From contig NC_047070.1 in assembly GCF_902459465.1 (NCBI RefSeq), positions 16,616,001 to 16,680,000 of the forward strand: a DNA stretch of 64,000 nt. Reading direction: 5' to 3'. The notes under the pieces are model-generated. The model searched no databases. It was not told the origin of the DNA and was given only the letters and a program-made list of their open reading frames with translations. Source of the DNA: Asterias rubens. Lineage: Eukaryota. A program made the translations under genes and the position numbers. Shown here piece by piece: positions 48,701 to 60,535 of this stretch. Numbering within the stretch: the stretch's first letter is position 1; the number at the start of each line of letters is the position of its first letter.

Positions 48701-51700
48701 AACATTTTTTTTTTATAGTACCCTCTTAAAATTTTTTTAAATAAGGGTAAACATAATTGTTTTATTCTTTAAGAGAAATTTTCTTTTGATTTACCCCATG
48801 ATTACACCGGCGTGTGTTAAGCACAGAATACTCAGTACTTCCCTCGAGTCATCATGTGACCCACATGCATATTACTCAGAAGGGGTTCGAACCCACTAAT
48901 GCAATTGTTCAGCTACCTGTGTTGATGCACCCTTCTAGAGGAACGCGTGCTCCTGGTCGGTCTGGTAACTTGTCGTCAACCCATATTGGGTAACGGGTAC
49001 CGCAGTGATCCAGCTCCACACAGCTTGTAGGCATATCCAGAGGTTCTCCTTAAAAAAGTTTGGTCAGACAGAATGAACATAAGCGAATGCAATGACAGAA
49101 AAACATATTCAGACTTGTTTTCACCTCGGACCAATCGAAACACATTATTAAAAGCTTAGGCCTACTTTCGGTTGTATGCATGCCGTGTGCAATGTGTGTT
49201 GTAAAATTATACATGTCATTGTATGTCATTTGGATTTGACCCGATAATAAACTAAGTACTAATACTGCACCCTTTCATTTATTTCAACCTAATAATATTT
49301 TCAGACCTTTGGTGTCAGTGAAGCGATACCAGCCGGGTCTGATACTCTGATCACTTAATGATCGCCCGTTGTAGTTTCTCATATCACGGCCTCTCCTAAT
49401 ATCAGTCAAGACAACATGACTCCGGTCTCTACAGGGGTTAATCAGCACTGTTATGAAAAAAAAACCATGACAAAAAATAGAAACTGTTGAAGTCTACCAA
49501 AAGAAATTTACAAACAATGGGAGAACAAAGATAGGTCATAAAGTTACGTATGTATATGTTCTTATCTTAGAGCGGATGCAGGTTGGTCTTGCCTCGCCTT
49601 GCTCCGGCCTCGGGGACCCCAGTTCGAATCCCGGCGAGGGCACTATGTGAATTGTGTTTACATTCCCTACTTGACTGCCTTGGTTTATTCTGGAATAGTT
49701 CTCTGGGGTTTTCTTCACACATCTTTAAATTAAATAACTGAAATGTCTTCATTGCAGTCTTCTTGTTTTCATTGTGTATATATTTTTATTGTGTCTGCTT
49801 ACAGTTTTTTTTATTTTATATTCAAATCTACTCTATTTTTGTAATCTCTTATTGTATATTTGCTGGTTTTTGATGTTTGAATGAATATTTATATTGGTAA
49901 CCATAAACACAATTCAGCCTTTTGGCTGCTATGTTTGATTTTTAATAGACCAATAATGATAATAATAGTAAAATTCTCTCTTCCTGTTTTGATCTAAGAA
50001 AGAGCGTTGGGAATAGAATCCAATTCGAAAATAGGACGTGTCTCTTACATGGAGATTTGATGAAGATCGCAATCACATCGGCACTTTCAACCAAACCTGC
50101 GGAGAAATCAAGAACCAGATAACATAAAATGTTTACATCATTGTTTTCTGGAAGAGCATTCTCTAGATTTAAATAAACACAATTACCATATCAACTCCAA
50201 GCTGACAGCATGGAAACTGGTTAACAATGGGATTTGATGTCAGATTTTACATCAGGTTGACCCATTTCCGGATTATCTTGACTCAGATTGTGGGTAACAC
50301 TGTCCCTTTAATGGGTCAGGGGAATTCAATGAGATTTAACGCTGGTCTTATCTCGAGTTAGGACGAGTTACTCTCGTCCTAACTTAGGACTAGAGTTTTA
50401 TTTCCTATGACTACAGCCTAAAGTTCTTTGTGAAATCGACCCATGCAGGTCCATTGGAGACATCTTTTGTTCTTTCCTCTGTCCCTGTACTTAAGACCCT
50501 CCCATATTTGTACACACAATTCCTTGTTGAGCAACCCAGTCATTAGAATCCCCCTATGCAGTCCCCTTGTTTTTCATTTTCTGTTCTGTTCTCAGTCTCC
50601 ATAGTGAGTATGAAAAAACAAGGTCAGTTTTGACCCGGGAGTTTTGTGAGTGTAGCATTATAATAGCTCGCACCACTTGCCCAGCGGACTGAGGTATCCC
50701 GGGCGCTGTACAGGAAACTCTGCTGACGATCGCCGTGGGTGGAGAGGCAGTCATTTGAACTGGATGACACGGCTAGCCAGCCCTCAGCCTTAGAGCAAAA
50801 ATCACCTTCAATTCCGTCCACACTGTTGATGAAAAACTGCCGGGAATCTTTGCTGTTGGAATGAGAAATGTTGCAGGAAGGAAATTATTGAGCTTATTGT
50901 TTAGTCTGCTTTCGAGTCGTTGTGGTGGGTGTTTTTAGCAAAGAGGAATTCACATATTATAGAGTGTGGTAAGGAAACGTAGGGTAAAGAGATACTGATA
51001 AGGTGGGGCAATTTGATTCAGGTGTCAGGTTAACGCAAATGAGTTCATTCAAAGGCACTGGTTGGTCATTACTCAAAATAACTGTTAGCAAAAACACTGA
51101 CTTGGTAAATATGAGTAATGGAGAGCTGTTGATAGTATAAAGCATTGTGAGAAACGGCTCACTCTGAAATCAGAAAGAAGTAATTTCTCACTAATTTTGA
51201 ATCTTCTAAAAGTCTTCGGGCCTGAAGCATTTGTTATGCATCCGAAAGCAGTCAAAATTGTGCAACAAGGGTTGTTTTCTTTTATTATTCTCTTGCAACT
51301 TCGATGACCAATATTGAGTCAAAATTTGTAATACCTGCCCATGGTGAACTGTGTGTATGTGGTGTTCGATGTCATGTCGGTGTACGGCGTCTCGATGATA
51401 CGATCTCGCGAGAACCAGTTGAAGCGATCCGATCCCACACCGTTAAATATGAATCGCCGTACCTCACGACCATTCTTATAAAGTGATAAGCGGATCTACG
51501 AGAAAATAAAGTAAACTCAAAAAGTTAATCTTTCAGTGTATTAAATGGTTTGGGTACCTTTTTTTGTGCGACTTAAAACACAAAAGCCCTCAGATTTACA
51601 TTAAACTTACACGGTTGAAAGATAATGATGGTTGAAAGCTTCCCTCATCGTGTGACGTCAGATACAAGGCTACCGTTAAGTTACCTTGTTTAGGCCATTA

Positions 51701-54700
51701 ACCTAAACAATAACCTTTTCCGAAAGAAGGATTCGAATGCAGCTATGACTAGGGACAACTTGTTTTGTAGAAGTTGGTAGGCAATGTTGCTTACCACAGA
51801 TACTGCCGTTATTATTTTGTCACATTGGTCCCATTGAATTAGCTGTACCCACCTGTTGGACGTCCATCTGGTGCCAGTTGTTGACGAGGCTGCTCTTGAA
51901 CGGTTCTGGGAACGAGGTGTCCAATAGCTGAGCCTCGGGGACGTCCGCATTCACTGATTGGTTAGATGCCCACAGCTTGTAGATGTTGTTATGGTACACG
52001 TCTGGTAACGAGACTCCTTTCATTACAAGATCCCACTCAATGAATCCTATTTTTATAGGAGGAAACCAGAATGTGTTCTTTTGTTTGTAAAGGTTGTTTT
52101 ATAGATTGGCTTTTGTTACTTAGTGACGATTCAGAGAACATTTTATTTAGAAGAAAGAACAAAAGTGACATGTGATAATTTGAGCTGAACACAGTGTTTA
52201 CTTGATAAGAAAACAAACGCAAAATGTCATGACAAAAAGCTGTGAATCCACCAACGTTTAGCAAGGTGACTGTGAGTACCAACCGCATCTCAGATTCAAA
52301 TGTTCTTGGGGTGAAATTATCAAAACCATGTTACTTGGAAGGGAATCTTTTCTCAACATTGTTTATAATATCAACAGTTGCTTCTCACCTAAAGTTGTTT
52401 GGTAAATAATTTGAGGATTTATACCAATCTATGACTTTACCTAAAGGTCCCCTAAATCACCCACACTTTTATAAAGAAATACCCTATGGGGTATACTATG
52501 CAGAGTTGTGGACTCGAGTCAAGTGACTTGGACTCGTGTCGGCTTCGAGTCGCTATTTTTGTTATAAATGTGACCCGACTCGTAACTTTCAGCACTGACT
52601 TGTGACTTGGCTTGAACTTGCAAATGATTCATTGTTCCGTTGTGGAAAGTGTCCCTTAAGTTGGCGTGAGCAAGGGTCCCACTTACCAGTGCAGTAACCA
52701 GCAGGCTGGTCTGTGTTGAGTTGAGGCAAGCGGTAAATGTAGAATCCACCACAGTTACGTACAAGCACCATGATCTTGATGTTACAACAGCCTGGATCAT
52801 CTGTTAGAGAAGAGAATAGCAAGTGCGCATGACGGAATGTGTTAAATTACTTTCTAAACACATCCGGGTCAAATGTGACCCACTTCCGGGTCAGATATGA
52901 CCCGGCTGACCCGGATCAGTCCCGTTGGGCCTGAAATAGTAATCACTGTGAACCCCGGTTCAAATCCAAACTCAGATCAAAGCCTTCTTCCTCTTCTTCT
53001 TTTTCCTTTTTAGTGGTAGCCTTCAAATCATGATTAAAGCTAAACGCACTGCTAGACACACCGGGGCGAACCCATTCTCTTTGTGACACTTGGGACCTAC
53101 ACCTGTATGTCCCATCCGAAGGACGAGAGAATGGTTATTAAGTGTCTCTGTTAAGTTAAGGACACAAGTGTCGCGACGGGGACTCGAACCCACACTATGC
53201 AATACACCAGAGCTTAAGTTCGATGCTCACCCACGCGAATTTGGCTTGGTCCTTTTTTGGTCAAGTTATTGTTGGATACGATTCTTTCTGATTAAAACAA
53301 ATTCAGATTGATACCTACCTGTGTTGACGCACATTATTCCTTTAACAGTCTCGCCGGATTCAGTGTACTGTACATCCAATAGCCAAATTGGGTACCGTGT
53401 CCCACAGGAGCCAATATTCTGACAGTAATGAGTAATTTCTTCACCTAAAATTACCAAATTACGAAAATATACATTAAATTATATTGAAATGTCATTTGTC
53501 AATGTCAGTTCGGGGAAATAAGTTAATGCTGAGCATTTTATGCGTTATAATAAAATGTTGAAGTAAACTATGAAGGATAAAAAAATGTTTTTTTTAGTCT
53601 GAAAGCTTACAAAATTTCCTGTGAAACATTTCTCTCTGAAATGCAGTTATGGGCATTCTAGGAAACTAAAAATATGGAAACACAAACAAGAAAGTTGTTG
53701 TTGTTGATATTGTTGTAGTTGATGTCGTTGTTGTTGTTGTCGTCGTCGTCACTGCTGCTGCTGCCGCCGCCGCTGCTGCTCGTGATGTTGTTGTTGCTGC
53801 TACCATTTTTTATTTTTATATATATTTTTTATTATCAAAATTGAATGGTTCATTCAGAGTATTTCTGTTTATGTGAGTGGTTTACCAGCAGGACTGTCGA
53901 ATCTGTACCAGCCGGGTGCGAGTTGTGTGTCGTCCACCACCGGGTCTCCACTCCCTCTCCAATTCACTCCTCGCTCTCGGTTATCCAAGACCTGATAACT
54001 CTTCTTTCTACAAACAGGAGCTTCTGCAGATCAACAAATAAACAAACAAATAATAAATGAAGAGCTATAGACATATGCGAAAAGAAAAGTGACGGTGCTT
54101 CTATAAAGTTTAGTTTAATTTATAAACTAAAAAAATAAAAACATTTTGAAAATAAAAACTACAAACTAATGAAACTACAAACAAATCTTCCAGAAAACGA
54201 GCACAAATCTAAAACATATTAATCTCCAGTGTACAGGAACATGTGAAACTATTGAACTCGTTTAAAATGGAGTCCCTTTTGAGAGATGTTTTGCCTACCT
54301 TCTGTCTTCATAAAAATCGCCAGTTCATCCGCCTCCCCAACTTGCTCTGAAATCAAATCAATGTTTTATACTATCAACAGCTCCCCTTTGCTCGTTGCCA
54401 AATAAGTTTTTATGCTAACAATTATTTTGAGTAATAACATTAGTGTCCAGTGCCTTTAAGGCGACAGTTCACACAGAAAAAATCCAAAATGTCCTACCTA
54501 AATCCCAGATAGTTGCCGCGTTAGTTCTACTGTATTTGAACATCGGGAAGGGACTATCGTTCTCCCAGCTGCATCCACCAGGCGAGGCGATCATCAGAAA
54601 CCAACCATTTGCGTTCCAACAGTCATACAGTGCCGTACGCATCATCATGAAGCGATAGTTCAAATGACTTCAGACAACAAGAAATGGACAAACAAAAACA

Positions 54701-57700
54701 AAATGTTTTTTAAACATTAACATGCTTAGTCTAGTTAATTAAGCGTTGTTGTTTGTAAATTGTTCCTTTATTCGTATACGTCCAATGTTTGTCCGTTTAC
54801 ATTATCTTTGTCTGTCCATAGGTTAATTGCTACACTGGCTGGCATCGGCTCATCAAATGGGCCTCAATCATTTTCCTTGACTGTGTAAACCTTACACTAC
54901 TCTGTTCGCTATTACATTTCAACTGTTGTTTTTACTTACTCAGCATGGATGGATTTGACAGATGCATTGAGATCCTTATACGGGCTGGATAGAACCTTGT
55001 CACCATCGAACCATGATGTCTTATCTGTACCGGACCCATCGAAGACGATCCGAAGAACTTCAATCCCAGCCGAGTACAAGGAAACCCGAACCTGTGGTTA
55101 TAACGAATTTACACTCTGTTATTACGAGTTCACAATCGCACTCCGTTATAATCACGGATTCTCAATAAACCGTAATGACGAATTCTTGATCAGTTATAAC
55201 GAATTCACAATCAATTATTACATATTCACAGTCGATTATTACGGATTCACAATCAATTATGACGGATTCACAATCGATTAAACGGGTTCACAATCCGTCA
55301 TTGCGATTACTTGAGTCCGTTCTAACGTCTTTTTTTGGTCTTCTATCTTTTCACTCCTTATACTTTCTTCTTTGCTTGTGATGTGAGGATCGGGGTGTTT
55401 ACCTCAGCAATATTCAAGGAGTTCCAGTCTTTCACCAACATGCTCTTGAAATGTCCCTGGTAACCTGTCCCAATGACCGCAGCCTCCGGTATGTTCTCAT
55501 TGAGAGCCTCTTCGCTGGTCCACAGATCGTACGGGTCTGGTTCGGAGATACCAGCCATGGCCTTAAAAACCATCAACCAAGGTCCACTGTCTAAAAGACC
55601 AGAAATTACGAAAAATCAAACACATACACTGCAAAAACGGGGTGTTAAAATTGACACCATGGCATTGACACCAAATGGTATCATGGCCGCCTATCGTGGA
55701 CCCGAGCTCCTTTGTTCAGCTCTTTATTCTGACAAACTCATTTTGTTTCTAAGTGCGTCTTTATTGAATTGAAATGAATTGGATTGAAAAGGACAATAAA
55801 ATAAGCTAAATGGAGATGGGCTGGACGCAGTGCCAGAAGAACAGGAACAACAGATTGACAACCAAGGATATGGAAAAGGAAAGGAGGTAGACAGAGAAGA
55901 AGATGGAGAGATGGCATCAGGGTATATGCAGGAGCAACATGGACCAGAACTGCAAGAAATATAAAGTAATGGCATTTACACGAGGGCTGCATCCTACACT
56001 GGATGAACTCAGCCTAATAGATGCTGATGAGATTGAACCGACCTGTACAGAACGCTGCAGGACGGACGCAACGTGGAAGTCTGGGTAGGTAGTAGATGTA
56101 GAACGCCCCACAGTTACGAACCACTATCCTAATCCTCACGTTGCAACATCCATCTTCCTCTAATAGAAAAATACACCAAGATAAAGGTTACAAGTTTGGG
56201 GTTGAACAAAGAACAAATTGACTGGATCTACACTTGAACCATCGACCCCCGTATTAACATACCGGCGCGCTACCAACTGAACTATCTTAGCCCTAGTTGA
56301 CAATCTCCCTAAATTATTTTTAGCCAATATCTTTTCAGGAGGATATAATTTAGGCGGGTAATATAATCTCCTGTAAACGTGGAATTCCCTTCATCAAAGC
56401 AAATATAGATTGTGGTAAAATTGTGAGTCTAAACAATAGGTCAAAAAACAAAGACAAATCCCCAATGTATACGGGGTCGACAAAAGCATGTGTGGGTGCG
56501 TGGTGTTGGGTGAGGTGTGCAGGGGGTGGGGGCGGCGCAAGGGACCTGATTGACCCCCCCCCCCCCCCCAAATAATAAGTAGTTTTATATCCTGCCAAAA
56601 TAAATAGTGTCATGCCAAATACAGATTCTATTTCCACATACCATTTTGATTAATTTGTTCCCATTTCCCTCTACTGGGAGTAAATGTTTCGGCAATTTAT
56701 TTACCACATGTGTTTTGCATTTTTGGGTAAGTTTAAATATCCCCTGGGTGCGAACCTAGACCTAGCAACATTTTGCCCCTTAAAGGCTGTGTTTATTTTT
56801 GGAAACTAGCTGTTTATCATACTATACATTTGCTTTGAAATTACTAAATAAATTACCAGTGTTAATGCAACCAGTTACTACTGCATTGTTCCTATTCGCT
56901 GGTAACCGGCCGTCCATCCAAACCGGGTACCGGGTTGCACACATTCCCATCGGAACGCACTCAGTGGGCATCCGGGTACCTGTTTATGATATTAGAATTT
57001 TTTCATTTTAATAATAATTTATAAAGAAATTTTTTATTCGCATTCTGTGATTCTATGGGATTGATTTTACAATGCACTTAAAAGAATCACCTTTAAAGAT
57101 CACCTGCGATAACCTCTGTGTTTTCGTTCGGTAAAATACAACGGCCGAGATAAAAACAAATAAAGAGTTGAGCTGTTTTGCTGAGTGGATTAGGATACGA
57201 TAGGTTAAAAACCACAAATCTTGACACACTTTACAGGGACAGTGAACATTTAAGAGGCCCTGGGGACTACAATTGGGCCGAGATGAACAAAGCGACCTCT
57301 AGATTCAGTTATAGTGTGGCTTCAAACAGGGTTTAACATCGGGTAAACTCAAATGACGCTAGAGTGGCCAAAAGGAGTTGAATCAAGATCGTGATGTGCC
57401 TTGATTTAATAGCATGCCAAAACATGTGACAACATAATAAAGAAATAATTGATGTGGTAACTTTGAACTTGAGTTTTCCACTCAGTCCGTTTGAATATAA
57501 AAACATGCCCCTAAAATCTTGTTTTTATGGATTCCCAATTCGTAAAACAAAAATGCACAATAGTATTTCAATAATCTTATCATTGTTATTACAGACACAG
57601 TTTCACGATGTGTAGTGTGTTTGTTTAAGCTGACCCTTGATCAAGTGACATGAAACAAAGAAATCAAAGATGCATTCAGTGTAACTCCATTGTTTAAATA

Positions 57701-58312
57701 AACTGTTACCCATCTTTACTCAGGCCTAAAAACCAAGGAGCAGTATGTTTTGCTCCATGCTGAAACGTACAGAAAGTGACACAAAATCTGACGTTGGTGA
57801 TTATCGGCTTCTTGTTCGTCTAAGTGAAATGTTATGAAAATAATATTTACCTGCATTTCCCATGAATCTATACCATCCTTCTTGCAAGGAGTGGTCACTG
57901 AGAAGCTCGGTGGACACCACATGCATAGAAGAGAAACCGGAATTCCTCCGTTCATCGTCTAAGACGGTGTAGAGATCATCATCACAAGCATCCTCGACAG
58001 CTGCAGGAAAGAGAAATTAGAAAGTAAATTGCTCATGAGTATTCTGGTCTTCTTCTTTCGAGACCACCATCTACTCTTTCTTCAAATGTTTGGCCAGGAT
58101 TGGGCGCATCTCACAGCCTTCTCGCTTGCTGCCTATCAGTATTTATGTTTTTTTGTAAACATTAGTATATAGTTGGAATTTTAAAAGCTAAGATGTATTC
58201 TATATATTCCGAGATGTTTTTTCTTACCGGTCTGAGAGGACCCATCGGGATCGACGGCTCCTTCCTGACACCCACAAACGGCCACAAACATGCAAGTCAA
58301 TAACAAACGCAT
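45765..58312 (-). CDS. Secreted multidomain protein, 996 aa, 22 exons: signal peptide + 3x[uromodulin/GP2-like D8C(D10C) module + unnamed ~185-aa domain]
   Basis: Exons on the minus strand: 58312-58228, 58000-57851, 56979-56857, 56159-56043, 55590-55403, 55091-54940, 54667-54498, 54346-54299, 54023-53886, 53444-53319, 52800-52687, 52046-51853, 51495-51335, 50852-50674, 50096-50049, 49447-49307, 49048-48917, 48597-48469, 47959-47769, 47175-47015, 46305-46124, 45826-45765. They sum to 2991 nt, one open frame ending in TAA, all GT-AG. Signal: MRLLLTCMFVAVCGC; an alternative in-frame ATG lies at 58327. D8C hallmarks occur three times: GWYRF, (M)PxxC, CxTRYPxW, CC, xCG, [YF]C. Confidence 0.9.
46384..46425 (-). 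ncRNA. Minimal type I hammerhead ribozyme motif, second copy, in an intron of the 996-aa gene (sense to the transcript)
   Basis: The minus strand reads TTCTC-CTGAAGA-C-GACCAG(ggcaca)CTGATC-GAAAC-GTC-AAG. The cores are intact; stem I is weakened (AAG where the first copy has GAG). Confidence 0.6.
46511..46800 (+). mobile_element. tRNA-related retroposon-like element, 290 bp, with ~28-bp terminal direct repeats and a 10-bp target-site duplication
   Basis: AAACATTGTC flanks both sides (46501-46510 and 46801-46810). Both ends read GGTGTATGGGTAAAAAA..AAAATTAAT. The internal tRNA-like block 46635-46702 has an A-box-like TAGTCTAGTTGG and a B-box GGTTCGAATCC. Confidence 0.65.
48469..49447 (-). other. 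D8C/D10C module 3 (3 exons)
   Basis: NPCRDRSHVVLTDIRR...SDQSIRPGWYRFTDTKG / EPLDMPTSCVELDHCGTRYPIWV...GCINTG / EEDGCCNIRLALGALHCGDYIVYALNQ...YYGYCT. Confidence 0.85.
49590..49725 (+). mobile_element. tRNA-headed SINE fragment (different family)
   Basis: B-box AGTTCGAATCCCGG followed by a SINE-like body ending TCTCTGGGGTTTTCTTC. Confidence 0.45.
53060..53235 (-). mobile_element. tRNA-headed SINE fragment
   Basis: B-box complement GGGGACTCGAACCC and body GTCCCATCCGAAGGACG. Probably related fragments lie at ~3890-3950, ~9770-9870 and ~29750-29845. Confidence 0.5.
53695..53800. repeat. Compound trinucleotide microsatellite (GTT/GTC/GCT/GCC)
   Basis: Directly visible runs; intronic. Confidence 0.85.
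55095..55295. repeat. Degenerate ~21-bp tandem repeat (TTATxACGAATTCACAATCxA) at the acceptor of exon 55091-54940
   Basis: About eight degenerate copies. Confidence 0.75.
55808..56018 (+). mobile_element. 3' remnant of an RTE-like non-LTR retrotransposon (degenerate ORF C-terminus)
   Basis: The plus frame translates to KWRWAGRSARRTGTTD*QPRIWKRKGGRQRRRWRDGIRVYAGATWTRTARNIK*WHLHEGCILHWMNSA*, matching the RWAGHxxR...PRxxKRxxGRxxxRW...W end of RTE-clade ORFs. It has two internal stops. Confidence 0.7.
56043..58000 (-). other. D8C/D10C module 1 (3 exons) of the 996-aa gene
   Basis: CDDDLYTVLDDERRN...SDHSLQEGWYRFMGNAG / TRMPTECVPMGMCATRYPVWM...GCINTG / EEDGCCNVRIRIVVRNCGAFYIYYLPRLPRCVRPAAFCT. Confidence 0.85.
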
Positions 58313-60039
58313 ACTTAAGACATTCATCTCTAGTTCCTGAAAAGTCAAACAGACAAACATAACTGCATTAGTTGTCGACATCTTTTTGAGCTTTTCCTCG
58401 AGAGACAGTGGTTCATGTATAAGTTGCATTTGCGAAGGTCTTGTGCGTTTTGATAACAGTGTTCACCTTTTTAGCTTTACAAATTATGAAATTTGAGAAC
58501 TTGTGTTACACTTCAAGGGGACACAAATAGACAAAGTCTAACCATAGATATATTTTCTATATTGCCTAACCTCAGAGCTGAGGTTCCGTAACTATCCGTA
58601 AGTATCCTTGAAAAAGATAAGCTTTGTACCACAATCATATGTATATAGAATGTATGTTTTTTATACATAAATTCTAAGTTTGATAATGTCTCAACATACT
58701 TTCAAGAATCCGTGAGTGAGTCCTCGATAAAAATAATGTCCGACGCACGAGCTAGCTGAATCTTTCACGTGGAGTGGTTTCTAGCCTCCCGTCCGGACAT
58801 CACTCTCTTTCCCTGGTTGTGGCTCCCTCTTTGCTGCTCGCAACAAGAATGCTGCCCTGTTCATAAAATTTTAACGGCAACAATGTTTCTCCTGAGATGG
58901 ATCTGTGACTGAACTTCTAAGACACCTGTCACCAGCCGTCGTTAAACTTGCCCCAAATATATCATTCGAACTTCCTCCTGTTGGTCAAAAAGAAACCACA
59001 GGAACTCAGGGGTGGGAACATTCTTTCTGAGATGCGAACTCAATGTGAACTGTTTCATGTTGTGCGAGTGGCTACCAAAACAAAAATAATACTTATTGGT
59101 GAACTGAGAGTGGAAAACTCCAAGAATGAGAGTGTTAAAGTCATTTAAAGTCGGTCAGCGGGGGTTATAGGAATCAGATTCTGCTTTTCAGTTTCTCCCG
59201 GGATTCATTTTGTTGTGCCCCGGCATACCGCTAAATGTTATTGACATGATGGTATGTTCGATGTGGCTTGGGTACCTCCTGGCGTCTGTGGGTTTTACCG
59301 AGAATTTCTACAGCTGCTAGGTTGTTTGACCGGGTAAATCTAGATCCCGGCCCCGACCCAGTTCACCCAATGTCATCGCAACAATCTGGGTTGTGCTGCA
59401 TGTTTAGTTCGCCTTTATTTTTGGGGGTCGCTGTACAGTGTATTCCCAAATGGCGAGCAAGATAACGGTATATTTACTATGACGTTTTTTCAAGGGGGTG
59501 AAAACATCTATTGACAAACTGGAGACGTAAAGTGCCGGTGTAGCAGAAGACTCTGCCCACCCTGCCCCCATCACCCCCCGGAAATTATGTCCCCCATAAC
59601 TTCTTCTGATACTAGTGCCCTCTTTTGAATCATCCTCCTACAGCCCATATTTCCCATATTATGGGGGACAGAATCTCAATAGATAGAATTCCCTGAGACC
59701 TGTTTCTCGGGAGATTCTGTCTCTCCATAATGATGGGCTGTATGCACTGCTGATTCAATTCAGGTCGCTCTTTCAGAAGAAGTTTGTACACTGAGTCTGT
59801 GTGTGGGGGGGGGGGGGGTCGTCTCAGGGAATTCTGTCCGCCCGAGGTTCTGTGTACCTTATGGGAAATGGGCTGGAGGAGGATGATTCCAAGAGTGCGT
59901 TATCATGATTAATTTGTACACGGTTTGCCATAATTATGGCGGACTGACTCTCCGGGGGGGGGGGGGGGGGGGGGCGGCACACAGATAATCCCCTGCCCTC
60001 ACAGGAGCACTGAATTTCCGGGGGTGGGGCATTACCTTC

Positions 60040-60535
60040 AGCCACGCGGGTGTCGCATGCAATTATGTCCTCTGTGCAATACTATCCGGAGGACATAATT
60101 GCATATGCAATAATGTCCGCTGGACGGTTTGTACATATGCAATTGTGTCCGCCCGGACGCTGCTGCATAATGCAATTGTGTTCGCCCGGACACAATTGCA
60201 TATGCAGTTGTGTCCGCTCCCGTGCACAACCGTCCTTGCATTAAATTAAACGCCCTTGGTCGATGGAACACATTCACCATTTTTTTTACAAGCTATTAAA
60301 GTGCATGTCATGAATGGAAATGTTCGGCCGTTGGGTATTCGCTGCAATCATAAAATACGTAAATATAAAAACGTTAGGTTCAGTGCATGCACGCTCGCAA
60401 ACGCACGCACATACATGTACAGTCAAGTACATGTCCACCGGACGGTTTTTGCATAGCCCCGGACACGATTGCATATGCAAAAGTGTCCGGAGCGGACATT
60501 ATTTGCATGGCGGACACAATTGCATCTGACACCGG
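60040..60535. repeat. Degenerate direct and inverted repeats of CCGGACACAATTGCATATGCA
   Basis: Multiple copies in both orientations at 60050-60250 and 60430-60530. Confidence 0.7.

Larger units (their letters stand above)
52687..54023 (-). other. D8C/D10C module 2 (3 exons)
   Basis: CRKKSYQVLDNRER...DDTQLAPGWYRFDSPAG / EEITHYCQNIGSCGTRYPIWL...MCVNTG / DDPGCCNIKIMVLVRNCGGFYIYRLPQLNTDQPAGYCT. Confidence 0.85.

Noticed and set aside
58030-58135. Candidate extra exon in intron 1 of the 996-aa gene
   Set aside because: The phase-compatible frame contains a stop (GAG TAG); exons 1 and 2 join cleanly without it.
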